Assembly: GCA_963750345.1 (NCBI GenBank)
Contig: CAVVQH010000006.1
Span: 176,549 to 240,548 of the forward strand
DNA length: 64,000 nt
Source of the DNA: an uncultured Actinomycetota bacterium
GTDB lineage: Bacteria; Actinomycetota; Actinomycetes; Propionibacteriales; Nocardioidaceae
Reading direction: 5' to 3'
The position numbers and the translations under genes were made by a program. The notes below the pieces were generated by a model. The model searched no databases, was not told the DNA's origin, and saw only the letters and a list, made by a program, of their open reading frames with translations. The stretch's first letter is position 1; each line of letters starts with the position of its first letter. Below are positions 1 through 11,513 of this stretch, piece after piece.

Positions 1-975
1 CAGGCGGGCCACCCGCCGCAGCATCTCCTCCGCGATCCCGCCCTCGAAGAGGTCCGAGACCAGCACCAGCAGCGTGTCGGCGGGACGGGTCACCAGCCCC
101 TGGCAGTAGGCCAGCGCGGCGTTGATGTCCGTGCCACCCCCGAGCTGGCAGCCGAACAGCACGTCCACCGGGTCCTCGAGCTCCTCGGTCAGGTCGACCA
201 CGGCGGTGTCGAAGACCACCAGCGAGGTGCGCACGGTGCGCAGGGCCGCCAGCACCGCACCGAACACGGCCGCGTAGACCAGCGACTCCGCCATCGAGCC
301 GGACTGGTCGACGGCGACCACGACGTCCTTGGCCACCACCTGGGTGCGGCGCGCGTGCCCGACGAGCCGCTCGGGGACCACCGTGCGCTGCTCGGGCAGG
401 TAGTGCTGCAGGTTGGCCGCGATGGTGCGGTTCCAGTCGATGTCGCGGTGCTGCGGGCGGCGGGTGCGCGCCGAGCGGTCCAGCGCGCCGGAGACCGCCG
501 AGCGGGTGCGCTGGGCCACCCGCTCCTCGATCTGCTCGACCACCCGGCCCACCACGTAGCGGGCCGTCTCCCGGGTGTGCTCGGGCATCACCCGGTTGAG
601 GCTGACCAGGGTGCCGACCAGGTGCACGTCGGGCTGCACCGCGGACAGCAGCTCGGGCTCGAGCAGCAGCTGGTGCAGCTGCAGACGCTCGACCGCGTCC
701 TTCTGCATCACCTGCACGACCCCGGCGGGGAAGTAGGTCCGGATGTCGCCCAGCCAGCGGGCCACCCGGGGCGCCGAGGACCCCAGACCCGCGCGTCGCC
801 GTGGCGCGGGAGCACCGTCGCGCCCCTCGGGCTCCTCGGGGCGGTCGTAGAGCTCGGCCAGCGCGGCGTCCATCGCCGCGTCCTGGGGACCCTCCGTCGA
901 CCCCAGCGCCTCCTCGGCCGCGCCCCCCAGCAGCAGCCGCCACCGGCGGTCCCGCTCCTGCGGCCCGGTGCTCAC
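1..975 (-). CDS. VWA domain protein (YehP/CoxE-like), 3' end outside window, probably frameshifted
   Basis: GTG start overlaps upstream TGA; N-terminus MSTGPQERDRRWRLLLG; MIDAS motif VVVAVDQSGSM near 290-320. Confidence 0.8.
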   Translation of the reverse strand, partial: MSTGPQERDRRWRLLLGGAAEEALGSTEGPQDAAMDAALAELYDRPEEPEGRDGAPAPRRRAGLGSSAPRVARWLGDIRTYFPAGVVQVMQKDAVERLQLHQLLLEPELLSAVQPDVHLVGTLVSLNRVMPEHTRETARYVVGRVVEQIEERVAQRTRSAVSGALDRSARTRRPQHRDIDWNRTIAANLQHYLPEQRTVVPERLVGHARRTQVVAKDVVVAVDQSGSMAESLVYAAVFGAVLAALRTVRTSLVVFDTAVVDLTEELEDPVDVLFGCQLGGGTDINAALAYCQGLVTRPADTLLVLVSDLFEGGIAEEMLRRVARL

Positions 976-3228
976 CGGCCGACCCCCAGCAGCACGGCCA
1001 CGGTGGTGACGGCAGCCTCGGCCCGCTCCCGTTCGACGTCGTCGGCCGCCGGCGCGGCGGCCATGCCCCCGGTGCCTCCCGTGCCTCCGGTGCCCCTGGC
1101 GCTCGCGGCCAACCGCTCGGCGACCGCGGCCCGCTCGGGGGCGCTGAAGGAGCCGAACGTGCGCCGCACCAGCGGCAGCACGTCGACGAAGGTGGAGTCG
1201 TCCAGCCCGCGCACCCACGTGTCCAGCAGGGCCACCAGCTCGGTGTCGTGCAGCAGGAGCACCGCCCCGTCGGCCAGGAAGCCGTCCACCCAGGCGGCGC
1301 CCCGCGCCGGTGGGACCCCGACCGACAGGGCGCGCCCCAACCGCAGGGCAGCGTCGTCCAGACGCCCCGCGTCGCGCAGCAGCCGCACCATCCGCCCGAC
1401 CAGGCCACCGTGCACGTCGGCGCGGTCGACGAGGCCGCGCAGCGTGCCCAGCCACCGGTCGGTCAGGTCGTCGGCGGGACCGGCCAGCAGCGCCACCGCG
1501 GCCTGCACCCCGTCCACGTGACGACGCACGACCGCGGCGCCCTCGTCGTCCAGCCCGGAGACGACCTGCCCCAGGCCCGTGCAGATCCGCAGCACGAACG
1601 CCCGCGACACCTCTCCCAGCAGCGGTACGTCGGTGCCGCGCACGTCCCCGTAGCGCTGGGCCCGCACCAGTGCGGGCAGGGCCTCCATCAGGTGCACCAC
1701 GTCCGGGTCGAGGGCGGCCCGCCGCTCCAGGGCCGCCAGCAGGACGGCCGAGGACCCGGGCAGGTCCGCGGCCAGGCACCGCTCCAGGGTCGCGGTGAGC
1801 TCGGCCAGCCCGGCGCCCCGGGCCACGTCGTCGGCCTTGGCGCCGGCCGCCGAGGCCACCGTCGTGCCCCACGTGGCCGCCTCCACCACCGCCAGGGACA
1901 GCGACGGCTCCCACCGCAGGCGCCAGGTCTCCCGGAAGGTGCCGGTGGCGCGCACGGCGCTGGTCGCCGGCACGGCCCACGCCACGCCGAGCAGCCGGAG
2001 CCGGTGGAAGAGGCGGGACCGGGCCAGGTCCACGCCCCGGCGCAGGTCGAGGTCGAGGGTCCGGCCGGCCGGGCTCCCGGCGCAGCCGCAGCCGGCGGGT
2101 GAGGCGCAGCAGGTCGGCCTCCAGCGGCACCGTCGGCACGTCCGGGGAGACCGTGCCCAGCCGCTCGCCCACCACCAGGTGCTCGGTGACGAAGCGGGCC
2201 GCCACCGGGTCGCCCCCGCAGAGCACCGCCCGGGTGGCCTCGTCGACCTCGGCCAGCCCGGCCAGCGGTCGTCCCCGCAGCAGGGCCAGGCCCTCGGCCA
2301 GGCGGACGGCGTCGATGACGTGGGCGGTCGAGACCGGCAGGTCACGGCTGCGCAGGGCGTGGGCCACGGCGGTCAGCCACCGGGTGACGGGGCGGTCCGG
2401 GGCCGTCCAGAGGTGGTGGTACCAGCCGGGCGAGGTGATGCCCGCGCCGTACCCGGAGGTCGTGGCCAGCCGGGAGTGCGTCCACGGCACCCAGGTCAGG
2501 ACCACGCGTCGCCGGGCCAGGCCGCGCAGCACCCTGGCGTCCGGCGCCGCGGGCGGCAGGGGGGAGGTCAGCGCCGGAGCGTGCCAGGCCCCGCAGACCA
2601 CGGCCACCCGCTGGTGCCCCTCGCGCAGGCAGGCGCGGATCCGCTGGCGCATCCACGCCTCGCGGCGCTCCTCGTGCGGGTCGGCGCCGGGGTCGTGGTC
2701 CTCGCGCAGCGCGCGCCATCGCCTCGGTCAGGGCGGGGAACGGGGACGCGCCGTCGAGCCGCGACTCCACCACGTCGTCCCACCAGCGCTCGGCGTCGTC
2801 GTACCCGGCGGCGGAGGCCAGCGTGGCCAGCGGATCGACCCGTACGGCGGACCGCCCGCTCCACCGTGCTGCCTCGGCCAGGGTGGCCGCGGCCGGCAGG
2901 TCGCAGAAGCCCACGTGCACCCCGGCCGCCAGCGCCCACGTCACCGCCTGCCACTCGGGGGAGAACACCGCGAACGGCCAGAACGCCGCCGTGCCGGGGT
3001 CGTCGACCGCGTAGGCCAGCAGCGCCACCGGCGGGTCCATCCCGCGGGAGCCCGCCAGGGCCAGCAGCGGGTCGGCGTCCGAGGGGCCCTCGACGAGCAC
3101 GGCGTCGGGGTCGAAGTCCCCGAGCGCGCGCACCAGCGACCGGGCCGAGCCCGGGCCGTGGTGCCGCACCCCGAAGACCTCGACGGTCACCCCGGTGCCC
3201 GGTCGCCCGGCACGGTCACCCCGGTCAC
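972..3228 (-). CDS. DUF5682 / YehM-like protein, several frameshifts
   Basis: N-terminal VFGVRHHGPGSARSL..VLVEGP motif; C-terminal LDLDLR..SRLFHRL and GTFRETWRLRWEP; split over several frames; exact start uncertain. Confidence 0.75.
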
Positions 3229-4335
3229 GTGGCCTCGTCGCGGCAGGCGGCGTAGAACTCCGACCAGCCCTCGCGCTCGCGGGCCACCACCTCGAGGTAC
3301 TCGTTCCAGACCACCCGGTCGGCCACCGGGTCCTTGACGACGGCGCCCGACCACGCCGGCGGCCATGTCCGCGGCGCGCAGCCGCCCGTCGCCGAAGTGG
3401 GTGGCCAGGGCCAGGCCGTGCGGTCACCACCGAGATGGCCTCGGCCGTCGACAGGGTGCCCGAGGGTGACTTGACCTGGGTCCGGCCGTCCTGGGTCACC
3501 CCGGAGCGCAGCTCCCGGAAGACCGCGACCACGCGGCGGATCTCCGTCAGCGCGTCCGGCACCTGGGGCAGCTCCGGGAGCTCCAGGGCGGCGGCCATCG
3601 ACGCCACGCGGCTGGCCACGATGCCGACCTCGTCCTCCTCGCTGGCCGGCAGCGGGAGCACCACGGTGTTGAAGCGCCGGCGCAGCGCCGAGGACAGGGT
3701 CGTTGACCCCACGGTCGCGGTCGTTGGCCGTGGCCACCACGTTGAACCCACGGGCCGCCTGCACCTCGGTGCCCAGCTCGGGGACCGGCAGGGTCTTCTC
3801 CGAGAGCACGGTGATGAGGGCGTCCTGCACGTCGGAGGGGATGCGGGTCAGCTCCTCGATGCGGGCCACGGCGCCGGTGCGCATCGCCACCATCACCGGC
3901 GAGGGCACCAGGGCCCCCTCGCTCGGGCCCTCGGCCAGCAGCCGGGCGTAGTTCCAGCCGTAGCGGATGGACTCCTCCGCGGTGCCGGAGGTGCCCTGCA
4001 CCATCAGCGTCGAGTCGCCGGAGACGGCGGCGGCCAGGTGCTCGGAGACCCAGGACTTGGCGGTGCCGGGGACGCCGAGCAGCAGCAGCGCGCGGTCGGT
4101 GGCCAGGGTGGTCACCGCGACCTCCATCAGCCGCCGCGACCCGACGTACTTCGGGGTCACGACCGTGCCGTCGCTCAGGGTGCCGCCCATCAGGTAGGTC
4201 ACCACCGCACCGGGCGAGAGCCGCCAGCCGAGGTGGGCGGGGGCGGTCGTCGAGGCGGGCCAGGGCCGCGAGCTCCTCGGCGTGCTCCTGCTCGGCGTGC
4301 GGACGCAGGACGGGCAGCCCCGGCGCGGCGGTCAC
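3225..4335 (-). CDS. MoxR/YehL-like AAA+ ATPase, frameshifted
   Basis: Walker A GVPGTAKS, Walker B RIEELTR, ATANDRDRGVN, SALRRRFN, LSTAEAISV. Confidence 0.85.
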
Positions 4336-4879
4336 GGGGCGACCCCGTCGGCCGGGAAGAAGACGGGCGCCGGCTGCTGCGGCCTCGCCTCCTGCTGGGG
4401 CGGTGCCAGCGGGCCGGTGGCAACCTCGGACCACGCCGGGTTCAGCTCCAGGAAGGCCCGACCCCGCTCGCCCAGCGCGCTACGGACCAGCGCCCGGTCG
4501 GGACCGCGCGGCGCCGCGGCCGCGGTGGCCAGGGCCGTCCACAGCCGGGGACGGACCCCCCGCCCCCGGGCCGCGCAGGTCGACAGCCACGCCTCGACCA
4601 GCCCGCGTCGCGGGAGCGCAGCAGGGTCGCAGCAGCTCCTGCGCCCGCTCGGGGGCCGGGTCCAGCACCTGGCGGGGTGCCGGCTCGGGCGCGGGCACGG
4701 CTCGCGGGCGTGCGCCGGCGTGCAGGTAGCCACGTAGGCCGCGGCGGCGTCCAGGACGGCGAGCGCGGGGTCGTGCTGGGCCTCCGCGAGCCGGCCACGG
4801 GCGGGGGAATCCCCTCGGGCAGGGCGCGCCGGTCGGTGCCGAGCAGGGCCGTGGTCACCAGCTCGTCCCAGGCACTCAC
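4332..4879 (-). CDS. DUF5691-like protein, short and frameshifted
   Basis: [19 protein letters not shown]-terminus and [14 protein letters not shown] motif; GTGA overlaps on both sides. Confidence 0.6.
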
Positions 4880-6123
4880 GGGCTCAGCACCTCGGTCGAG
4901 AACACCGGGTCGAGCGGGTGGGGCAGGACGGAGAGGGGCAGGAACCCGCGGCGGGTCCACTCGCCGACGACCTCGACGGGGTCGCCCATGGAGCGGGCCA
5001 CCAGCGGCCAGGCCTCGACGCCGGGGACCAGCGGCACCGCTCCGCCGTCCTCGCCCCGGAACAGCCAGCGGCCGCCGTCCCCGTCCGGCGGCACCGGCGC
5101 TCCGCGGAGCACGACGGGCAGCCGGTCGGCCCAGGGGTCGGCACGGACCAGGGTGCCCGAACTGCGCCGCGGCGTCGAGCACCCCGACGCCGGGCACGTC
5201 GGGGACGCCCTGGACCCGGGCGTGCTCCGTGCCGACCAGGCCCCGGTGCTGGCCCGCGCCGGGGTAGAAGTGCACCTCGGCGTCCAGCGTGACGCCCGGC
5301 ATGATGGTCTCGTCGAGGCCGGCGCCACCGGCCGCGAAGCTGAGCAGCACGGCCCAGCGGCCGGTGGCGTCCCCGCGCAGCCACACCCGGCGGCTGGTCA
5401 GCCGGTAGTCGGCCGTGTCGACGTGGCCGAGCACCGCCCATCGGTCCCGTACCGGGGGCGGCCCGAGCACGGACTCCTTGGCCGTCGGGTAGCCGATGCG
5501 GGAGCGCACCGTCTCGGCGAGCTCGGGAGGCAGGTCGTCGAGGTGCCGGTGGGCGGCGACCAGCAGCCTGACCAGGGCGAGGTGCTCGAGGGTGCGCTCC
5601 GGCCAGCGCTCGCCGACGAACCGGGCGGGGAGCGCACGGAGCATCCCCGCCACACCCGGCGCCTGGGCGTCGACCATCCGGGCCGCCACCTGGTCCACCG
5701 GCCCGTAGCCGCCCCGCTGCAGCGCAGCAAGGCCGCCCCGGACCTGGTCGGCGAGCCACACGTCCAGCTCGTCGAGGCCCAGCCGCACCCGCTCTGCGCG
5801 CTGTGCGGCCCGCCTCGCCGCCGCGGCGGGGTCGACCGCGCGCGGCGCCACGGGAGCGGGCGTGCCGTCCGGGCGCGCGGCCAGCCACGCGGCGGCGTGC
5901 TCGGGGACCGCCTCGGCCTCGGGCACCCCGCCCACCGACCACAGCGTCCGGAGGGCCACCGCGTGCTTGCAGGGTCGCCGCCGGCTGGGGCAGGAGCACC
6001 CGGCGCCGAACCGTCGAGGAGGACGAGCGTGCGGTAGGGCGTGACGGCCGTCCCGCGGCAGGACCCCCAGAGCAGCCCGGCCCGGTGGCCGAGGTCCGAC
6101 CACACCCCTGGCGTACCCGTCAT
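4876..6123 (-). CDS. SWIM zinc-finger protein (YehQ-like), frameshifted
   Basis: [16 protein letters not shown] motif; WGSCRGT..PY; [11 protein letters not shown]. Confidence 0.8.
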
Positions 6124-6201
6124 GCCGCGGTCGCACCCATGCGCGAGATGCTAGTGGCGACCGACAGGAGGTGACCGGACCGAGCCGAGGGAGGGGCGAC
6201 G

Positions 6202-7003
6202 ATGCCGGAGGGCGACACCGTGTGGCGCACAGCCCTGCACCTCCACCGCGCCCTGACCGGCTCGGTGCTCTGGAGACCGACTTCCGGGTCCCCGCGCACG
6301 CCACCCTCGACCTGTCCGGGCGCCACGGTCGAGGCGACACCTCGCGCGCGGCAAGCACCTGCTGACCCGCATCGGCGACGAGCACACCCTCCACACGCAC
6401 CTGAAGATGGAGGGCTCCTGGCACCTCTACCGCCCGGGCACGCCGGTGGCGGCGGCCCGGCGCACGAGGCCAGGGTCGTGCTGCGCACCGACGGGTGGAC
6501 CGCGGTCGGCTTCGCGCTCGGGAGTGGTCGAGGTGGTCGCGCCGCGACGCCGAGGACACGGTGGTCGGCCACCTGGGCCCGGACCTGCTCGGGCCCGGAC
6601 TGGGACGAGGACGAGGCGCTGCGGCGGCTCTGGTCGGACCCGCGGCCGCCCGGTCGCCGACGCCATCCTCGACCAGCGCAACCTCGCCGGGATCGGCAAC
6701 CTCTACAAGAGCGAGCTGTGCTTCCTGGCCGGGGTGCACCCGCTGCTGCCGGTGGGCGAGGTGCCCGACCTGCCGCGGCTGGTACGACGGGCGCGGTCGG
6801 CGCTGGAGGCCAACAAGCAGCGGGTGGAGCAGACCCTCACCGGCGACCTGCGGCGCGGGCGGCAGACGTGGGTGTACCGGCGGGAGCGGCAGCCCTGCCG
6901 GCGCTGCGGCACCCGCATCGAGGTGTCGACCTGCAGGGCCCGGCGACCCAGGAGCGGGCGACGTACTGGTGCCCGCGCTGCCAGCCCCGCCCGCGCCGGC
7001 TGA
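6202..7003 (+). CDS. nei: Fpg/Nei family DNA glycosylase (endonuclease VIII-like), frameshifted
   Basis: MPEGD catalytic N-terminus, [21 protein letters not shown] (H2TH), CRRC...WCPRCQ zinc finger. Confidence 0.85.
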
Positions 7004-7013
7004 CGGGCGGCGC

Positions 7014-7357
7014 TCAGGCGGCGGAGGCGACGACGTCGCCGGAGCGGGGACCGCCCGGGCGCGCGACTGCGCAGGGCGGTCGTGTCCACGCCGATCGTGT
7101 CCAGCGGCCATCGCCAGGGCGGCCTCCTCGAGCGCGACCGCGTCGCTGACCTCGGACAGGATCTCCGAGAGCGGCACGTCGAGAGCCGAGCAGATCGAGG
7201 CGAGCAGCTCGGAGGACGCCTCCTTCTGCCCCCGCTCGATCTCGGAGATGTAGCCCAGGCTGACCCGCGCGTCGGCGGAGACCTGGCGCAGGGTGCGGCC
7301 CTGGCGCATCCGCTGGGCGCGCAGCACCTCGCCGAGCAGCCGGCGGAAGATCACCAC
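7014..7357 (-). CDS. clgR: XRE-family HTH regulator, ClgR-like, frameshift in tail
   Basis: [32 protein letters not shown]; syntenic position downstream of pgsA. Confidence 0.75.
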
Positions 7358-7508
7358 GGGCGACTGCCCTTTCGGAGGTTGCGTGCAGGTCGGTCGAGGA
7401 ACTGTGTGGCAACGCTACCGGAGCGGGGAAACTTCCCGACGACGAACTCCACCGGAAAAGCGCCTCTCCGCGTATGCGCGGCCCCGCCGCCCGGCTAGCG
7501 TGGGTCCC

Positions 7509-9327
7509 ATGCCGCTGCCGATCGAGGACTACGCCGTGCTCGGCGACACCGGGACGGCGGCCCTGGTCGGCAAGGACGGCTCGGTCGACTGGCTGTGCCT
7601 GCCCCGCTTCGACTCCCCCGCCTGCTTCGCCGCCCTGCTCGGCGGTCCGGAGCACGGCCGCTGGCTGCTGGGACCGGCGGACGGCACGGCGGTGTGCTCC
7701 CGCCGCTACGTCGGCAACAGTGCCGCGCTGGAGTCGACGTACACCACCGAGACCGGCTCGAGTGACCGTCCTGGACGTCATGCCGATCGGCGACGGTCGC
7801 GCCGACATCGTGCGCCGGGTCGTCGGCGTCGAGGGCGCGGTCACGGGTCCGCCACGAGTGGGTGGTGCGCTTCGGCTACGGCAAGATCCGGCCCTGGGTG
7901 CGCCGCGAGGACATGCACGGCATGGAGGTCATCACCGCGGTCGCCGGGCCGGACCGGCTGATCCTGCGCGGGCCCCGGCTGCCCCACGCCGAGGACGGCC
8001 GGCACGTCGACGAGTTCGAGGTCGCCGCCGGTGAGGAGCTGACCTTCTCGACGACCTGGGTCGCCTCCCACCACGAGCTGCCGAGCCGCTGGAGTTCGAG
8101 TCCCGGATCGACGAGTCGATCGAGCTGGTCGAGGGCTGGGCAGACGACCTGCGAGCTACGACGGCCCCTACCGCGACGCCGTGGTCCGCTCGCTGATCAC
8201 GCTGCGGCTGCTGACGCACGGCGGCACCGGCGGCATCGTCGCGGCCCCGACCACGTCCCTGCCCGAGGACTTCGGCGGCGAGCGGAACTGGGACTACCGG
8301 TTCTGCTGGCTGCGCGACGCGTCGCTGACACTGGAGGCGCTGCTGGAGTGCGGGTACGCCGGCGAGGCACGGCTGTGGCGCGACTGGCTGCTGCGCGCGG
8401 CCGCGGGCGACCCGCAGGACCTGCAGATCATGTACGGCGTCGACGGCGGCCGTGACCTGCGTCGAGCGCACCCTGGACCACCTGCCCGGGTACGCCGGGT
8501 CCGCCCCGTCCGGATCGGCAACGGCGCGGTCGGCCAGCGGCAGACCGACGTCCTGGGCGAGGTGATGGTCGCCCTGGAGATGGCCCGCGACATCGGCGCC
8601 CCGGACGACGACGACTCGTGGTCGCTGCAACGCAAGCTCGTCGAGGAGCTGGCCGACGCACTGGGACGAGCCGGACAACGGGCTGTGGGAGATCCGCGGA
8701 CCGCTGCGGAGGTTCACGCACTCCCGGGTGATGGTCTGGGTGGCCTTCGACCGGGCCATCGCAGCCGTCGAGGAGCACGGCCTCGAGGGGCCCGGTGGAG
8801 CGGTGGCGCGACGCTGCGCGACAGCGTCCGCGAGGAGGTGCTGGAGCACGGCTTCGACGCCGGAGCGCGGCACCTTCACCCAGCACTACGACACCTCCGA
8901 GGTGGACGCGTCGCTGCTGGTGCTGTCCGACGTCGGGTTCATCGCCGGGGACGACCCGCGGATGCTGGGCACCATCAGGGCGGTCGAGGAGGACCTGATG
9001 CGCGACGGCCTGCTGCTGCGCTACCGCACCCAGTCCGGCGTCGACGGGCTCTCCGGCGACGAGCACCCGTTCCTGGCCTGCTCGTTCTGGCTGGTGGAGG
9101 CGTACGCCCACGCCGGCCGGCTCGACGACGCGCACGCCCTGATGCGGCGGCTGCTCGCGCTGCAGAACGACGTCGGGCTGCTCGCCGAGGAGTACGACCC
9201 CGTCGAGAGGCGGTTCGTCGGCAACTTCCCGCAGGCGTTCTCGCACCTGGCCCTGGTCGGCGCGGCGACCCAGCTGGACCGGGCCGAGCGGGGCCTGCAG
9301 CCGGCCCCCACGCGGCCCGCCAGCTGA
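7509..9327 (+). CDS. Glycoside hydrolase family 15 (trehalase/glucoamylase-like), frameshifted
   Basis: PIEDYAVLGD, DWLCLPRFDS, TTSLPE..GGERNWDYRFCWLRD, LLAEEYD, GNFPQAFSH. Confidence 0.9.
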
Positions 9328-9355
9328 GCCCGGGCCCGCCCGGCGGGCAGCCGGT

Positions 9356-9982
9356 TCAGCCGGTGGTGGCCCCGGCGCGGCCGTCCTTGCGCACCGCGAG
9401 GGCCTTGACGACGTAGTCGGCGCCGGTCACCAGCGTCACCGCCACCGCGGCGGCCATCAGCAGCACCGCGATGCCCCAGAGCACCGAGCCGGCCGTGCCC
9501 CAGTCGTCTTGGAGGAGCTTGAGCGGCAGCACGAACAGCCCCAGGGCGAACGTCTGCAGCACGGTCTTGAGCTTGCCGCCGCGGCCCGCCGCCATCACGC
9601 CGTGCCGGATGACCCACAGCCGGAGCAGGGTGATCCCCCACTCGCGCACGAGCACCAGGATGGTGACCCACCACCACAGCTCCCCGATCACCGAGAGCCC
9701 GACGAACGCCATCCCGGTCAGCGCCTTGTCGGCGATGGGGTCGGCGATCTTGCCGAAGTCGGTGACCAGGTTGCGGCTGCGGGCGATGTCGCCGTCGATC
9801 TTGTCGGTGACCATCGCCAGCGCGAACAGCACCCAGGCGACGCAGCCGCCACGGCGACCGAGTCGCCGCCGTCGACGAGCAGCGCCCAGCCGAAGAACGG
9901 CACCATCACGATGCGCAGCGTGGTCAGCGCGTTGGGCAGGTTCCAGTTGGTCGGCGTCCGCCGGGGTCGGCGCCTCGGTCAC
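9356..9982 (-). CDS. pgsA: CDP-diacylglycerol--glycerol-3-phosphate 3-phosphatidyltransferase, frameshifted
   Basis: [31 protein letters not shown]-alcohol transferase motif; GGKLKT. Confidence 0.9.
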   Translation of the reverse strand: MTEAPTPADADQLEPAQRADHAAHRDGAVLRLGAARRRRRLGRRGGCVAWVLFALAMVTDKIDGDIARSRNLVTDFGKIADPIADKALTGMAFVGLSVIGELWWWVTILVLVREWGITLLRLWVIRHGVMAAGRGGKLKTVLQTFALGLFVLPLKLLQDDWGTAGSVLWGIAVLLMAAAVAVTLVTGADYVVKALAVRKDGRAGATTG

Positions 9983-11458
9983 GGCGTCGCCTCGCGCCAC
10001 GAGGTCGGCGCCGTCGGAGCCGGTGACCACGGCGCGCGACGATGTCGCCGACGACCGGGCACCGGCGGGCAGGCCGGTCACCGTGGTGGAGCCGTCGACC
10101 TCGGGTCCCTGGTGCTCGGCGCGGCCCTCCCCGGCGCCGAGCCGTCGGCCGCGTCGCCGAGGGACTCGAGCAGCACGCTCGACGCGCTCGCCCCGAGCGC
10201 TCCTCGGCACGCTGGGAGGTGAGCTCCTCGACCAGTCGCGTGACGTGCTCGATGCGCTCGCGCATCTCGTCCTCGTCGAGCTTGCCGTCGTACGTCGCCG
10301 CCTCCGTGCCGTCCTCGTCGGAGTAGCCGAACACCCCGACGACGTCCATGCGGCGCGGCGACGAGGAAGTCGCACAGCGTGGCCAGGTCGTCCTCGGTCT
10401 CGCCGGGGAAGCCGACGATGACGTTGGAGCGGATGCCGGCCAGCGGCGCCTGCGGAGCGGATCTGCTCGATCAGGCCGAGGAAGCTCTCCGGGTCGCCGA
10501 AGCGACGCATCCGGCGCAGCACCGCGTTGGAGGCGTGCTGGAAGGAGAGGTCGTAGTAGGCGGCCACCCCGGGGGTGGTGGCGATGGCCGTGACCAGGCC
10601 CGGGGCGGGTCTCGGCCGGCTGCAGGTAGGACACGCGGACCCGGTCGACGCCGTCGACGGCCGGCCAGCTCGGGCAGCAGCGTCTCGAGCAGGCGGAGGT
10701 CGCCGAGGTCCTTGCCGTAGGAGGTGGAGTTCTCGCTGACCAGGAACAGCTCCCGCACGCCCTGCTCGGCCAGCCAGCGGGCCTCCCCCAGCACGTCGGA
10801 GGGCCGGCGGGAGACGAACGAGCCCCGGAACGACGGGATGGCGCAGAAGGTGCAGCGACGGTCGCACCCGCTGGCCAGCTTGAGCGGCGCCATCGGACCG
10901 CCGTCGAGCCGCCTGCGGATCGCGCGCGGGCCCGACGCGGGAGCCACCGACCCGGGCAGGTCCGGTGCGGCGATGGTGTGGCCCGGCACCACCAGCGTGC
11001 TGGCGTCGCGGGCGGCCGGGCTGATCGGCAGGAGCCTGCGTCGGTCCTGCGGGGTGTGCGGGTGGTGCTGCTCGCCGGCCAGGATGGAGCGGAGCCTGTC
11101 GGCGATGTCGGGGTAGTCGTCGAAGCCCAGCACGGCGTCGGCCTCGGGCAGCGACTCCGCCAGGTCCTTGCCGTAGCGCTCGGCCAGGCAGCCCACGGCG
11201 ACCACCGCCCGGGTGGACCCGGTGCCCTTGAGGTCGGAGGCCGCCAGCAGGGTGTCGACGGAGTCCTTCTTCGCCGCCTCCACGAAGCCGCACGTGTTGA
11301 CCACGACGGTCTCCGCGTCCTCGGGATCCTCGACCAGCCGGAAGCCCGCCCGCCTCGAGCCGGCCGGCGAGCTCCTCGGAGTCCACCTCGTTGCGGGCGC
11401 AGCCGAGCGTCACCAGGGCGACGGTGGTCAGGGGCGGGTTCGCGGGGAGTGCAGTCAT
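9979..11458 (-). CDS. rimO: Ribosomal protein S12 methylthiotransferase, frameshifted
   Basis: [18 protein letters not shown], radical [12 protein letters not shown]-terminal TRAM (GPEVDG). Confidence 0.9.
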
Positions 11459-11513
11459 GGCCACGTCGAGTATGCCGGGCGGGAGGGCGTGGTCGCGAAC
11501 CCGAGCGCCACGC

